Origin: a virus
Lineage: Duplodnaviria > Heunggongvirae > Uroviricota > Caudoviricetes
Length of the DNA: 37,392 nucleotides
IMG/VR virus record: IMGVR_UViG_3300045996_000852
Location: 128,001 to 165,392 of that record
Direction: 5' to 3' (one strand)
Positions 36,041-37,392 of this stretch are shown here, one piece after another. The notes under the pieces were generated by a model. The model saw nothing but the letters and a program-made list of their open reading frames with translations, was not told where the DNA came from and searched no databases. Numbering within the stretch: position 1 is the first letter of the stretch; each line of letters opens with the position of its first letter. The translations under genes were made by a program, and so were the position numbers.

Positions 36041-36526
36041 ATGGAAAAGTACTTCAAAACAGTGGAAGGAAAGTATGTGAATATTGTGAAGCATACTTTG
36101 GAACAACTAAATAAGTGGGATGATTTGAGAATCTATGTTGGTACAGACTCTCAAAGTGAAAGTGATTTTACAATGTATGCTACTACAATCTGTTTTAGGT
36201 ATGGTAATAGAGGTGCTCACTATATTGTATTCAAGGAAAAAGTTCCAAGAGTTCGTGTAGAATACATGAGATTATACGATGAAGGTTTAAGAACATTAGC
36301 TGCTTCTAAATTCTTGAATGATGAATTACAAATATTCCCATTCCTAGAGTTTGACTATGCTGATGTTAAGAAAACTGTTTCTTCAAACTTAGTTAGTGTA
36401 TTTAAAGGTTATCAGAATGCAAGATTCAAGTCAGAAGAAATGATTGCTACAAGAGCAGCAAATCATGAGTGTAGAAAGGAAAGTAATATGTTCAATCTTG
36501 AAGAAGCATTGAAACAAGCAGCTTAA
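36041..36526 (+). CDS. RNase H-like YkuK (DUF458) family protein
   Basis: IYVGTDSQ...YATTICF...GAHYI...RLYDE...ATRAAN motifs. Confidence 0.85.
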   Translation: MEKYFKTVEGKYVNIVKHTLEQLNKWDDLRIYVGTDSQSESDFTMYATTICFRYGNRGAHYIVFKEKVPRVRVEYMRLYDEGLRTLAASKFLNDELQIFPFLEFDYADVKKTVSSNLVSVFKGYQNARFKSEEMIATRAANHECRKESNMFNLEEALKQAA

Positions 36527-36638
36527 TACCGTATCGGGTTTTGTGGTATAAGGAGACCCTGCCTTATTGTCGAAAGACGGATAAGAAAAACCACTTTAAA
36601 TATCTCCCATAGAAGGTGCTTGCGGTGACCTTCTCTAA

Positions 36639-36710
36639 GCAGGAATGGTGTCAATGGTAACACACAAGACTTCCACTCTTGGGTTGAGAGTTCGAATCTC
36701 TTTTCCTGCT
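36639..36710 (+). tRNA. tRNA-Gly (TCC)
   Basis: CAAGA CT TCC AC TCTTG; U73. Confidence 0.95.
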
Positions 36711-36799
36711 CAGGTCAGTTTGATTGTTCTGCGTGTAGTTAAAAACAATCTTGTAGTCGGATGGTAACTCCCCAAAATGTTATCGGATGACTACTCCTT

Positions 36800-36872
36800 G
36801 CAGTAGTAGCTCAATTGGTAGAGTGCCACCTTGCCAAGGTGGAAGTTGACAGTTCGAATCTGTTCTACTGCT
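36800..36872 (+). tRNA. tRNA-Gly (GCC)
   Basis: CCACC TT GCC AA GGTGG; U73. Confidence 0.95.
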
Positions 36873-36992
36873 CAATTAACTTATGACAGTGAAACTGTCG
36901 GGGTCCGTAAGTATCTACGTAACCATCCGTAGTGAACGTCCGGGTGATGATGTCCAGACCCTTGAGGACTTATCAACCTATGTTAATTATCT

Positions 36993-37065
36993 GCCCCTAT
37001 CGTCTAGTGGTCTAGGATACACGACTTTCTATCGAGTGACACGGGTTCGAATCCCGTTGGGGGTA
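36993..37065 (+). tRNA. tRNA-Glu (TTC)
   Basis: CACGA CT TTC TA TCGAG (one stem mismatch, T37). Confidence 0.9.
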
Positions 37066-37070
37066 CATTT

Positions 37071-37142
37071 CGAGGTATGGTTGAATGGTACAATGCCGGA
37101 TTGTCAATCCGTGTGGTACGGGTTCGAATCCCGTTATCTCGG
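37071..37142 (+). tRNA. tRNA-Asp (GTC)
   Basis: CGGA TT GTC AA TCCG; G73. Confidence 0.92.
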
Positions 37143-37149
37143 CTTAATC

Positions 37150-37233
37150 GTCCTACTCCTCCTGTGGAATCTATCCACGAAGCAACTGAGGCTAGGTTGT
37201 GATACAGTAACCACTGTAGGGAGGACGTAGGAC
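37150..37233 (+). ncRNA. Candidate four-way-junction RNA
   Basis: Long closing stem gtcctac-tcctcct/gggagga-c-gtaggac with three hairpin arms. Confidence 0.55.
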
Positions 37234-37238
37234 AAAAT

Positions 37239-37311
37239 AGACTCTTAGCTCAGTTGGTAGAGCAAGATGCTCATAACATCGAGGTCACCAGTTCGAATCT
37301 GGTAGAGTCAA
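37239..37311 (+). tRNA. tRNA with CAT anticodon (Ile2 or elongator Met)
   Basis: GATG CT CAT AA CATC; A1xA72. Confidence 0.88.
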
Positions 37312-37316
37312 CACAA

Positions 37317-37390
37317 GTTGGTATAGCTCAATTGGTTAGAGCACCACGCTGATACCGTGGAGGTTGAAAGTTCGAGTCTTTCTATCAACA
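37317..37390 (+). tRNA. tRNA-Ile (GAT)
   Basis: CCACG CT GAT AC CGTGG. Confidence 0.95.
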
Positions 37391-37392
37391 CA

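Noticed and set aside
36883-37230. 115-aa ORF
   Set aside because: Overlaps tRNA-Glu, tRNA-Asp and structured spacers
33608-37392. Stop-codon reassignment, suppressor tRNAs or theta ribozymes as in some crAss-like phages
   Set aside because: No CTA/TCA/TTA anticodon in the window, long genes are intact in code 11, and I could not build an HDV-like fold at any tRNA 3' end by eye

Overview
AT-rich segment of a Crassvirales-like (crAss-like) Bacteroidota phage genome in the standard genetic code. 1-7953: minus-strand block of small, mostly hypothetical early-type genes with hairpin terminators and three unusual tRNA genes (6109-6462). 7954-8195: G-tract-rich strand-switch region. 8196-33385: plus-strand block with a BCS1-like AAA ATPase, an Acb2/Tad1-like protein, HU/IHF-like protein, PD-(D/E)xK nuclease, terminase, portal, scaffold-like protein, major capsid protein, capsid/tail accessory and Cys-rich fibre-like proteins, and a CPBP protease. 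33411-37392: two tRNA arrays (8 and at least 13 genes) interspersed with structured ncRNA candidates. Main observation: each tRNA array is preceded by its own promoter, a ~30-codon leader peptide and a classical 1:2 / 2:3 / 3:4 attenuator fold. The sensor codons of each leader match the tRNAs of its own array (leader 1: R-CGN, Q, H, T, W, F, C, P; leader 2: M, I, V, D, N, G, R-AGA, E, K, plus L, S, Y, A, predicted to lie beyond the window). I infer a ribosome-stalling sensor that switches on phage tRNA supply when host tRNAs are depleted or cleaved. All folds and family calls were made by eye; no software or database search was run.
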